DNA of 64,000 bases from an uncultured Collinsella sp. (GTDB taxonomy: Bacteria; Actinomycetota; Coriobacteriia; Coriobacteriales; Coriobacteriaceae). This document shows, piece by piece, positions 28,142-37,162 of this stretch (position 1 is the stretch's first letter; each line of letters opens with the position of its first letter). The notes under the pieces were generated by a model. It was not told the origin of the DNA. It saw only the letters and a program-made list of their open reading frames with translations, and did not search any database. The translations under genes were made by a program, and so were the position numbers. Location of the stretch: assembly GCA_905205145.1 (NCBI GenBank), contig CAJLCM010000001.1, forward strand, positions 2,403 to 66,402, written 5' to 3'.

Positions 28142-29119
28142 CTACTTTGCGTCGTAGGCCTCGGCGTCCCACCAGTCGAGCTGGGCGATGTTGTCGCGGA
28201 TGTGCTGGCAGCTCTTGTGGAAGCCATCGAGCTCGTACTCGGACAGGTCGAGCGTGTAGACCTCCTCGACGCCCTCGGCGCCGATCACGCACGGCAGGGA
28301 GGTAAAGATGCCCTCCTCGCCATACTGGCCGGTCATAAGCGTAGAGGCGGAAAGCACGGCGTGCTCGTTGTGCAGCACGGCGGCGCAGACGCGCGCGGCG
28401 GAGTTGGCGACGGCGTACTCGGTGCACTGCTTGCCCTGGTAGGTTACGTAGCCGCCCTTGCGCGCAAGCTCCTCGACCTCCATGTGGTCGAAGGCGTACT
28501 TGTCGGGGTTCTCGGCCTGGAGCTCGTTGAGGCTCTTGCCGGCGATGGTCGCGGCCTTAAAGGCGGCCAGCTGGCTAAAGCCGTGCTCGCCGATCATGTA
28601 GGCGTCGATGGACTTGGGGCTCACGCCGACCTTTTTGGAAATCTCGGTGCGCAGGCGGGCGGAGTCCAGGCCGCAGCCCGAGCCGATGATCTTCTTGGGA
28701 TCGTAGCCGGTCAGGTGCCACAGCTCGGTGCACACGACGTCGCAGGGGTTGGAGATGCTCACAAAGATGCCGTCGAAGCCGGCGTCGACGATGCGCTTGG
28801 CAAAGGTGCGGGCGGCGTCGGTGGTAAAGAACAGCTCGCCGTCGCGGTTGCCGGCGGCCAGCGCGACCTTGCCGGCGGCGTTGACGATGACGTCGCAGCA
28901 GGCCAGCTCCTCGTAGTGGTCGTAGCAGTTGACGATCTTGGTGTTATACGGGACAAACGAAAGGGAGTCGCGCAGGTCCTGGACCTCGGACGTCACCTTG
29001 GCCTCGTTGATATCGCACAGGTACAGCTCGTCGGCAATGCCCTGCATGAGCAGGCTGTTGGCGACATGTGCTCCTACGTGGCCCTGGCCGACCACACCGA
29101 TCTTACGCGTCTGGTACAT
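28142..29119 (-). CDS. ldh: L-lactate dehydrogenase (LDH/MDH family).
   Basis: N-terminal Rossmann motif KIGVVGQGHVG, catalytic IGEHG and the substrate-loop ..NAAG... The start is MYQTRK, which removes the 13-aa upstream frame extension. Confidence 0.8.
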   Translation of the reverse strand: MYQTRKIGVVGQGHVGAHVANSLLMQGIADELYLCDINEAKVTSEVQDLRDSLSFVPYNTKIVNCYDHYEELACCDVIVNAAGKVALAAGNRDGELFFTTDAARTFAKRIVDAGFDGIFVSISNPCDVVCTELWHLTGYDPKKIIGSGCGLDSARLRTEISKKVGVSPKSIDAYMIGEHGFSQLAAFKAATIAGKSLNELQAENPDKYAFDHMEVEELARKGGYVTYQGKQCTEYAVANSAARVCAAVLHNEHAVLSASTLMTGQYGEEGIFTSLPCVIGAEGVEEVYTLDLSEYELDGFHKSCQHIRDNIAQLDWWDAEAYDAK

Positions 29120-29330
29120 ATATGTATCCTTTCGGCCGAGTTTTTTGCGTCGAACCATTGTAGCGTCCTGCTACCACTTTGCTAGACTAAAGCGCCGTAG
29201 ATTTTTGGGACATGCCTTAATCTCTACTTTTGGAGTGATTTGGGCCGCTGACGGCATCGCTGGGCGATGTGCTCGCGCGGATAGGGCTGCTCGTTGTACC
29301 ATAGCTGCAACTGACTCGTAAGGAGCATCC

Positions 29331-30257
29331 ATGCCCATTCGCATTCCCGACGCCCTCCCTGCCGCCGCGCAGCTCGAGAGCGAGAACATCTTTGTCATGA
29401 CCGAGTACCGCGCACTGCACCAAGACATCCGCCCGCTGCGCGTGCTCATCCTCAACCTCATGCCCACCAAGATCGCCACCGAGACGCAGATCATGCGCAA
29501 GCTCTCCAACACGCCGCTACAGGTGGAGGTGGACCTGCTGCGCACCAAGACGCACGAGGCCACGCACGTGAGCGCTGGCCACCTGGAGACGTTCTACCGC
29601 ACGTTCGACGACATCCGCGACATCCACTACGACGGCCTGATCATCACGGGCGCGCCGGTGGAACAGATGCCGTTCGAAGAGGTCGACTACTGGCCCGAGC
29701 TCTGCCAGATTATGGATTGGTCCACCACGCACGTGCACTCTACGCTGCACATTTGTTGGGGCGCGCAGGCGGGCCTGTATCACCACTACGGTATTCAGAA
29801 GTACGACCTGTCGACAAAGGCGAGCGGCGTGTTCGAGCATCATCTGGTGAAGCCGCAAAGCCCGCTGGTTCGCGGCTTCGACGACCGTTTCTATGCCGTG
29901 CATTCGCGCAACACCGATGTGCGCCGCGAGGACGTGGAAGCCGAGCCTCAGCTTGAGGTCGTGGCCGTGTCCGACGAGGTGGGCCTGTACATCGTCAAGT
30001 CGACCGACAGCCGCCGCTTCTTTGTCTTTGGCCATCCCGAGTACGATACCGACACGCTGCGTCTGGAGTACGAGCGTGACGTGAAGCGCGGACTCAACCC
30101 GGAGGTGCCGGCGCATTACTTCCCAGGGGACGACCCCGCTGCCGAGCCGCGCAACGTCTGGCGCAGCCAGGCGCAGTTGCTCTACACCAACTGGCTCAAC
30201 TACTACGTCTACCAGACCACGCCTTACGACCTGGCCCGCGCCGGCGAGGAGCACTAG
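29331..30257 (+). CDS. metA: Homoserine O-acyltransferase MetA (succinyl/acetyl).
   Basis: [10 protein letters not shown]...[11 protein letters not shown]-terminus, the catalytic Cys region ..[10 protein letters not shown].. and a typical ~305 aa length. The RBS is TAAGGAG. Confidence 0.85.
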   Translation: MPIRIPDALPAAAQLESENIFVMTEYRALHQDIRPLRVLILNLMPTKIATETQIMRKLSNTPLQVEVDLLRTKTHEATHVSAGHLETFYRTFDDIRDIHYDGLIITGAPVEQMPFEEVDYWPELCQIMDWSTTHVHSTLHICWGAQAGLYHHYGIQKYDLSTKASGVFEHHLVKPQSPLVRGFDDRFYAVHSRNTDVRREDVEAEPQLEVVAVSDEVGLYIVKSTDSRRFFVFGHPEYDTDTLRLEYERDVKRGLNPEVPAHYFPGDDPAAEPRNVWRSQAQLLYTNWLNYYVYQTTPYDLARAGEEH

Positions 30258-30279
30258 ACTGCCGGGGGTACGCTGGCAT

Positions 30280-30876
30280 TTAGGCGCTGACGATGTGGGG
30301 CAGCGGCAGGTCGTGGGCATTGGTGGGAACGTGGTCGACGCGCTGTTCGTCAAAGGCGATGCCGACGATTAGGCATTTAGGTGCAACTGTGGGCAGGTAG
30401 CGGTCGTAGCAGCCTCCGCCGTAGCCCAGGCGCGCGCCGGTGCGGTCGAAAGCCACGAGCGGCACGATAATCATGTCGAGAGCCTTGGCGGGCACGATGG
30501 GGAAGTGGTCGCTGTCGATGTCCGTGGCTGCGAAGGCCCGCGTAGGGTGGGCGATAAACGGGGCCTCGGACACATCGCCGGCAGAGACTGCCCGCATGCA
30601 CATGCGCTGGCCGCATGTGGCGGCGTCGCTTGCCGAGAGCATGCACGGATAGGCTACGCGCCAGCCACGCGCGACGGCCGCGGCGGCAAACGCGGCTGGG
30701 TCGACCTCGGAACCCATCGCGGCATAGACGGCAACGGTGCGCTGGCCCGCAGCGCCGCTGGGCTCCAGCAGCTCAACAAGCCGCGCGCAGATAGTGGCGG
30801 ACTTTGCCGCCCGAACATCCAAATCAAGAGCATCGCGCCGAGCAATCACCGCCCGCCGCAACTCAGCCTTATCCAT
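30280..30876 (-). CDS. 5-formyltetrahydrofolate cyclo-ligase.
   Basis: MDKAELRR.. N-terminus and the GYGGGCYDR motif. The start follows GAGGAGG. Confidence 0.8.
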   Translation of the reverse strand: MDKAELRRAVIARRDALDLDVRAAKSATICARLVELLEPSGAAGQRTVAVYAAMGSEVDPAAFAAAAVARGWRVAYPCMLSASDAATCGQRMCMRAVSAGDVSEAPFIAHPTRAFAATDIDSDHFPIVPAKALDMIIVPLVAFDRTGARLGYGGGCYDRYLPTVAPKCLIVGIAFDEQRVDHVPTNAHDLPLPHIVSA

Positions 30877-30895
30877 TCCAGCCTCCTCTAACAAA

Positions 30896-30945
30896 CCTGC
30901 CAAAAAGGGACAGGTTTATTTTGGCAGGTTTTATCTGGGCAAACG
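30896..30945 (-). promoter_or_regulatory. Conserved ~48-nt upstream motif, copy 3. Lies immediately 5' of the cyclo-ligase RBS and has a perfect 10-bp inverted repeat.
   Basis: The minus-strand read is cgtttgcccagataaaacctgccaaaataaacctgtccctttttggcagg. Confidence 0.45.
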
Positions 30946-31022
30946 TGATATGGGCAGTAAAGCCACCGCAAATATGCCTGTGAACTGCGCCCTTTGTGGT
31001 TGTTTGGGCCTATGCGTTAATG

Positions 31023-31352
31023 CTATAACGCCGCAGCGATTGCTTCAGTCACAAACTTATTGAGTGACTCACCCTTCTTTGCCGCTGCCAGCGCTGCTTG
31101 CTTGTGGAGCTCAGAGCCCGTTCTTACGTTGAACGAGCCCTTAAAAGCTCGCTCGGGTTCCTTGCCCTTCTCGGCGCAAAACTCAAGGTAATCGTCGACG
31201 GCGTCGTGGAAGCATTGCTCCACTTCTTCAACCGTGGAGCCTTCAAATACGATTGCGTCCCTAATGCCGGTGACCATACCTGTGAGCACATGCTGTTCGG
31301 CATCGAACTCGACTGGGGCGAAATAACCCTTGTATGCCAAAACGTTACTCAT
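31023..31352 (-). CDS. hicB: HicB-family antitoxin.
   Basis: UPF0150/HicB N-terminal fold text (..YKGYFAPVEFDAEQHVLTGMV..) and a C-terminal RHH-like tail. Its start overlaps the hicA stop. Confidence 0.7.
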   Translation of the reverse strand: MSNVLAYKGYFAPVEFDAEQHVLTGMVTGIRDAIVFEGSTVEEVEQCFHDAVDDYLEFCAEKGKEPERAFKGSFNVRTGSELHKQAALAAAKKGESLNKFVTEAIAAAL

Positions 31353-31608
31353 GACTACCTCCGACATCTTGCAGAAATCGAACGATGTTTCGAATGGTCC
31401 CCGCTGTCAATTCGTCAGATGGATGTGGCGCGTGCATTACGAACATCCTGCCATCCGATGGCCTGTAGAAGCGAACGCGCGATCCGGATGTCTTGCCTTT
31501 GTTGTCCATTTCAAAGCCATATGAAGCCATGACTTTTAAAAAATCGGTATACCGATACGTCGAAGGGCAGCTAAGCAGCTGGGCGATGAGTTTATCGGTC
31601 CGAGTCAT
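31345..31608 (-). CDS. hicA: HicA-family mRNA interferase toxin.
   Basis: 87 aa. The C-terminal ..HPSDELTAGTIRNIVRFL resembles the HicA consensus. It lies upstream of and overlaps hicB. Confidence 0.75.
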   Translation of the reverse strand: MTRTDKLIAQLLSCPSTYRYTDFLKVMASYGFEMDNKGKTSGSRVRFYRPSDGRMFVMHAPHPSDELTAGTIRNIVRFLQDVGGSHE

Positions 31609-31622
31609 CCCGCCTCACATTC

Positions 31623-31643
31623 TGCAACTATATCTTAGTTGCA
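31623..31643. promoter_or_regulatory. Candidate HicB operator: the perfect palindrome TGCAACTA-tatct-TAGTTGCA, 15-35 nt upstream of the hicA start.
   Basis: An 8-bp inverted repeat in the position expected for antitoxin autoregulation. Confidence 0.4.
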
Positions 31644-31830
31644 ATTTAAGTCCGATGCAAGCACCCCCTACTATAGAACATGCGTACGTATAGAACAAGT
31701 GTTCGAACCAATACAAAGGCGCCTGTGAACTGCGCCCCTTTGCGATGGTTTGGGCTGAATGTTGCGCAACAAGGGCTGCATTTTTGGGTTTACCTTCATG
31801 GTAGAAGGAATGAATCGAAAGGAGCCCGCC

Positions 31831-33489
31831 ATGTTTTGTCGCTCGTGTGGCACGCCGCTTGTCGACGACGCCCTCTTTTGCCCCGTCTGCGGCGCGCCCG
31901 TAGCACCCGACCAGGTCGCGGCCACGCAGCAACCCCAGCCTGCCGCCGCGCCCGCTCCTCAGCAATACATGCCTGCGCAGCAGCCCGTGCGGCGCAAACG
32001 TTCCAAGAAGCCCCTCATCGCTCTCGCCGCGGTGCTTGCCGTGGCGGCCGGCATCGGCGGTGGCGCGCTGTTCTACTTCACCCAGATTGCGACCACCCCA
32101 ATCGACGAGAAAACCTTTCCAGACAGCGGCATGCGTGCGCTTGTCTCGACCAAGTACGATACTAACGGTGATGGCCGCATCTCACGCGACGAGGCCAAGG
32201 CGGTGACATCGGTCGAGCTGGACGGCATCGCGTCGACGCAGGGCCTGGGCAAGACATTCCCCAATATCGTTACAGTGGAGTCCGGCGACGACAAGCTCGT
32301 CAACCTGGACCTTTCGGGCTGCGGCGACCTTAAAACCGTCGAGCTTAACTCGGCGAGTAATGTCACCGCCGTTAACCTGGACGGCTGCGACAACATCGAG
32401 AAGCTCGACCTTTCAAATGCCGGGGAGCTCAAAAGCGTCGATCTTTCGGGCAAAAAGAAGCTCGCCACGTTGGAACTGCCGCAGGATACGAAGGTTAGCG
32501 GCATTAAGGACACACAGCTCGACGAGCTGTGGCTGCCGGTGTCCTACGAAGGTACCGACAAGTCGGACCAGTACGGCGATATCTACGAGATCGAGCGTGA
32601 CGAGAACGGTTACGTCACGGGCTTCACGTCTGCCGTCAAGCAAGGTGGCGGCGTAAGTTACAGCGTCGAGCACGATGAGTCGCATCGCATTTCGGAGATT
32701 GAGGAAGATCTGGCGGGCGGTTATGCGAACGTCAACACGTTTACGTACGACGCCGACGGTAACGTCACGCGCATCGATTGCGATGCCGACATTAGCGATT
32801 CGTCGAGCACCACGACGTTTACCTACGACGCGGACGGAAACCTGATCAACAAGACGACCCATGCGGGTTACGGCGAGAGCGCGAGCACGTATATTTATCA
32901 GAACGGCAACATGGTGACCAACACCGATACCAGCCCGGCCAATCCTCGGACGGTCGTGTATTCGTACGGATACGACAAGGATCGCGTGACGTCCTTTACG
33001 CTGGATTGCCAGGGCGACACGGTGGGAACTACGTGGACGATTACCGCGGGCTACGAGTATGACAAGGACGGCAACATTTCGCGTATCTCGCCTGTGGCAT
33101 ATGACTCGCACGGCAACGACTACGGTTCGCTGAGCTCGTATGCCGCGGTGGATTATTCGTACAGCGACGGAAAGCTCGACAGGATCGATTCCGAGCGCGG
33201 CGGCTATGCGGAGTTCTATTACGACGAGCACGGCAACCTGACGTCGGTCGACGAGTATGCCGGCCGCGGTTCGGATGCCGAGTTTGAGTTTGAGCACGAG
33301 GTTGAGTACCAGCGCTACTTCTGCAGCAAGCACGAGAAGAATAAGCCGGAGGAGTGGATTCGTCTGGATGCAGAGTACGACGTCGACCAGGGTAGCTGGA
33401 GCAATGACTCCGATTATGGTCGTGAGTGCTTTGCAACCATGTACAAGCTCGATCCGCTGGCGGGCAGGCTGAACCCGTTCATCAAGTAA
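31831..33489 (+). CDS. Membrane-anchored surface protein with an N-terminal zinc-ribbon, one TM helix, a leucine-rich-repeat region and YD (RHS-like) repeats.
   Basis: Zinc-ribbon CRSCGTPLVDDALFCPVCG, TM helix LIALAAVLAVAAGIGGGALFYF, LRR-like LDLSGCGDLKTVELNSASNVTAVNLDGCDNIEKLDLSNAGELKSVDLSG, and repeated xYDADGN/YxYDKDG units. ATG 31831 follows AAAGGAG. Confidence 0.7.
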   Translation: MFCRSCGTPLVDDALFCPVCGAPVAPDQVAATQQPQPAAAPAPQQYMPAQQPVRRKRSKKPLIALAAVLAVAAGIGGGALFYFTQIATTPIDEKTFPDSGMRALVSTKYDTNGDGRISRDEAKAVTSVELDGIASTQGLGKTFPNIVTVESGDDKLVNLDLSGCGDLKTVELNSASNVTAVNLDGCDNIEKLDLSNAGELKSVDLSGKKKLATLELPQDTKVSGIKDTQLDELWLPVSYEGTDKSDQYGDIYEIERDENGYVTGFTSAVKQGGGVSYSVEHDESHRISEIEEDLAGGYANVNTFTYDADGNVTRIDCDADISDSSSTTTFTYDADGNLINKTTHAGYGESASTYIYQNGNMVTNTDTSPANPRTVVYSYGYDKDRVTSFTLDCQGDTVGTTWTITAGYEYDKDGNISRISPVAYDSHGNDYGSLSSYAAVDYSYSDGKLDRIDSERGGYAEFYYDEHGNLTSVDEYAGRGSDAEFEFEHEVEYQRYFCSKHEKNKPEEWIRLDAEYDVDQGSWSNDSDYGRECFATMYKLDPLAGRLNPFIK

Positions 33490-33500
33490 CAGCTCGCCGG

Positions 33501-33542
33501 AAAACCACCACAAAGGGGACAGGCACCTTTGTGGTGGTTTTG
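33501..33542. terminator. Bidirectional terminator hairpin (aaaaccaccacaaagg-ggacaggcac-cctttgtggtggtttt) between convergent genes.
   Basis: A 14-bp perfect stem flanked by A-run and T-run. Confidence 0.6.
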
Positions 33543-33553
33543 CTTGCGGTGCG

Positions 33554-36500
33554 TTAGGCCAGCAGGTCGATGACGGTAAAGCTGGCGTTGCTCTTGGCGA
33601 TGACGTCGCGTCCGCCAAAGACGCAGGTGGGCGACGCGGCTGCGATGCGCGTCACATCGGCGCCGAGCGAGCGCAGCTCACCGGGTGTGGCCGCGAGCAT
33701 CTGGGCGCGACGCTCCTCGCGCGCGTGCGGATCGAGCCCAGCCAGGTAGGTCGTATTGCGGCGCTTGGTGAGCGCGTACGGCTTCACGGGCGCGTCCATG
33801 CCGCTCACGCAGCTCACGATAAAGCCCTCGAAGGCGGCCTCGTCGGGCTCAAAGCTGCCGAGCCATGCGCCCGCGCGCTCCACGCGCTCAATCGAAGGAT
33901 CGACCGCCGGGTCGCGGTAGGTGTAGAACGCCGTCTGACGCTCGCCAGCAGCGCGGAATCCGCAGCCGTACGCACCGCCCTTCACGCGGATCTCGTTCCA
34001 CAGGTAGTCGTAGGAGAGCGCGTTGGCGGCAACCGCCCAGGCGCCCGTCACGTCGATGCCCAGGCGACGCGGGTCGCACGCGCGCGCCGCAAAGCAGATG
34101 TCGCTGGGGATGACGAAAGCCTCGTGACGGTCGCGCGGCTCCGGCACCACGAGCGTGCCGCTGCTAGCGCCGTCGCCGGCGCCAAGCCCCAAGTCGCCCG
34201 CGGCATCCCAGTACGCGTCAAAGTCCTCGTCGCTGCCGGTAAAGCTCGCCATGCAGCCATCGGCCACAAAGATGCGGTCTGCCAGCGCGGCAAGCTTGGC
34301 GCGCAGGTCGTCCAGTCGCTCGTCAAAGTGCTCGAGCAGATCGCGCAGGAACAGGTAGAAGTCCACGCCCGAAAGCTGCTCGCGCACCACGGCCGAAGGC
34401 GCACTGTAGCTCATCGCGCGACCGAGCGCCGCCGAGTGGCCGTTGTTGATAAAGCCCTGCTCAAGCCCAATGCGAATCTGCGTAAGCACGTCGCGCACGC
34501 GGTCGGCGTCGGCGTCTGCCAAAAGCGTGCTCGACCATACCTCGCGCGGTAGACTCGCCAGCGCGTCGATCTTCTCGGACAGGGCGCCGGCGCTCACCAG
34601 CAGGTAGGGGCGCACGCCGTCCACTTCGGGCTGGGTCATGACCTCGGTCGTAAAGCTCAAAAAGCCCAGCTTGCCAGCGAGCAAGTTGTCGAGTTCCTCG
34701 GCCGAGTGCTCGCGCGTGGGTAGCTGCTTAAGCAGGCGGCAGAGCAGTGTCACATAGGGCAGGTCCTCAAACGTGACGCAGCTCAGGTCGAAATACTGCA
34801 TGGCGTAGGCCAGGCGGTTGGTGGGGATGCCGTGGCGCAGGCAGGGGATGGGCGCGGTCGTGTCCACGACCAGCGGCGGCTCGGGGCGCGCCTCGCCAAT
34901 GTCGGACACGCGCAGGCGCGGCAGCGTGGCCTTGGCCTCGGGCGTGTCTTCCGCCTCCTGCGCGGCACGCAGCGCGGCCGTGCGCTCGACCACGTCGGCC
35001 AGCTCGGCATCGGTCATGGCATCGCGCTTGGCTGCTAGCTCGGCGGCCTCGGCACCCTCCGAACCCTCGGCGGCGTCCACCGGCACCAGCTCGACCAGCG
35101 CCATGTGATCGTTCTGCAGCACCAGCTCGCGCAGCAGGTCCTCAAAGTAGCTGCCGTCCAGCTCGCCGCGCAGCTCCTCGTACACCGGGCCTTACTTGAG
35201 CGCCAGCGTCGCAGCGTCGTCATCGTAGAGCCAGGTGCTCAGCGCATCGCACGCAATGGCCACGCCGTCGGCGATGCCATAGTCGCGCTGGCGCAGGTCG
35301 TACTCGTTGCTGCTGATGATGGCCTCCAGGCGCTCGCGCGGAACGCCGTGCTCGCACAGGTCGCGGCAAGCGTCCTGGAATACGCGACGCAGCTCGCGCG
35401 CCACGCCGGGCTGCGCATTTTGCAGCATGATGAGCTCGTAGGGCTGCAGGCACTCGGCCGCGGTGTAGCTCACCACGTTGCCGCCCAGGCCGGCGGCCAG
35501 AATGGCCTTCTTAACTGGTGCTTCGTTGGAGCCCAGCAGCGCCTCGAACAGGATATCTGCTGCGATCGTGCGCTTGCGGTCGAGTGCACTGCCCAGCACA
35601 AGACCCAGGCCCACCAGGGCGTTCTCGGGCGTGGTGGCCATCTCGACGCGCTTATACTCGCAGGTCACAGGCGCCTGCACGTCCAGCGGATTGGGTGCCA
35701 GCGCGGACGGGTCCTCGCCGGCGGCAACAGCGGCGTCCATGCGGCGGCTCGCGGCACTCGACTGCGACAGATAACGCTCGTCCAAAAAGGCTAACGCGCG
35801 GTCCACGTCCAGGTCGCCGTAGAGCGTGATGTAGGAGTTGGAAGGATTGTAGTGGCGTGCGTGCGTATCCAGGAACTGCTCGTAGGTGAGCGCGGGAATC
35901 GCGCGCGGGTCGCCACCGCTCTCGTGCGCATAGGCGGTGTCGGGATAGAGCGCGGCGTTAACAGCATCGTCCAGCACGCTCATGGGGTCGGACAGCGCGC
36001 CCTTCATTTCGTTGAACACCACACCGTTATAGCGCAGCGTGCCCTCGCGCAGGCTCGCGGAGCTGCCGTCGACCTCGCCCTCGGCGCCCTCCGGCAGGTC
36101 CAGTTCGTAGTGCCAGCCCTCCTGCTCAAAAATAGTCGGCTTGGTGTAGATGGCCGGGTTGAACACCGCGTCCAGGTACACGTCCATCAGGTTGTACAGG
36201 TCCTGCTCGTTGGTGGTGGCAACGGGGTAGATGGTTTTGTCGGGGTAGGTCATGGCGTTGAGGAACGTCTGCATGGAGCTCTTGATCAGATCGACGAATG
36301 GCTCCTTGACGGGGAACTTGGCCGATCCGCACAGCACCGAGTGCTCAAGAATATGGAACACGCCGGTGGAATCGGCCGGCGGCGTCTTAAAGCCAATGGC
36401 AAAGGCCTTGTTTTCGTCGTCGCATGCCAGGTACAGCAGGCGAGCGCCCGAGGCGGTGTGGCGTAGCACGTAGGCGTCCGAGTCGAGCTCGGGCACGGTC

Positions 36501-36592
36501 TCGCGACGCTCGACGGCAAAGCCGTGGCAGGTGGTGTCGGGCACCAGCAGCGCGGCGGCAGCGGCGCGCGGGTCGGTTGAGGTGGTGGGCAT
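33554..36592 (-). pseudogene. PreP-like M16C zinc metalloprotease (insulinase family) interrupted by a single in-frame TAA stop at 35192-35194.
   Basis: The N-part (36592..35192) carries the inverted zinc motif HILEH. The C-part (35191..33554) continues the M16C-associated domains in the same frame (..ATLALK*GPVYEELRG..). Together they make ~1012 codons, which is typical for PreP. The RBS is AAAGGAG. Confidence 0.65.
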
Positions 36593-37162
36593 ATGCAGTC
36601 TCCTTTGACGCCCCAGCGGGGGCGAATCGAGTCGAATCCTCGAGAGTATACCCATATGGGGCCGCGGCTCTGCGGCGAACTGAAGACGATGCTGGCGGAT
36701 TGGGCATAGGTCCCGCGTGCCCGCCGCACGAGCGTGGAAAATTGGACACTCGCCAAACGAGAGTGGATATTTGGACGGAATTTGCCGCAAAAGCCCCAAA
36801 AACCGTCCAAATATCCACTCTCGATATCCGACCGTCCGAAAATCCTCGCTCGTCCATCACTCGCGTATCTCTCGTCTCTCATTCGTCTCTAATATGAGAG
36901 ATGACAGGAAGATGAGAGAAAAATATGAGAGATAACTGAGCAGCAAAGAGACAGGCAATCATGGTATTGTCTCAATACCGATTGTTCTACCAGCAAAAAT
37001 ATGTATAAATGAAGCAAATGGTAGACATTCCATCTCTATCTATCTCTTATCTCTAAGCCGAGAGATAGAGAGATAGATGAGAGATAATTACGAGAGATAA
37101 CTGAGAGACGAGGGAAATCTATCCGCGGCATTCTTCGCAGGACCGAGCGAAAGGACGTGAAG

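Noticed and set aside
35192-35194. Possibility that the in-frame stop in the M16 peptidase is a selenocysteine or programmed recoding site.
   Set aside because: The codon is TAA, not TGA, and no SECIS-like hairpin follows. A nonsense mutation or a sequencing error is more parsimonious. It is kept as a finding only as a pseudogene or possible read-through site.
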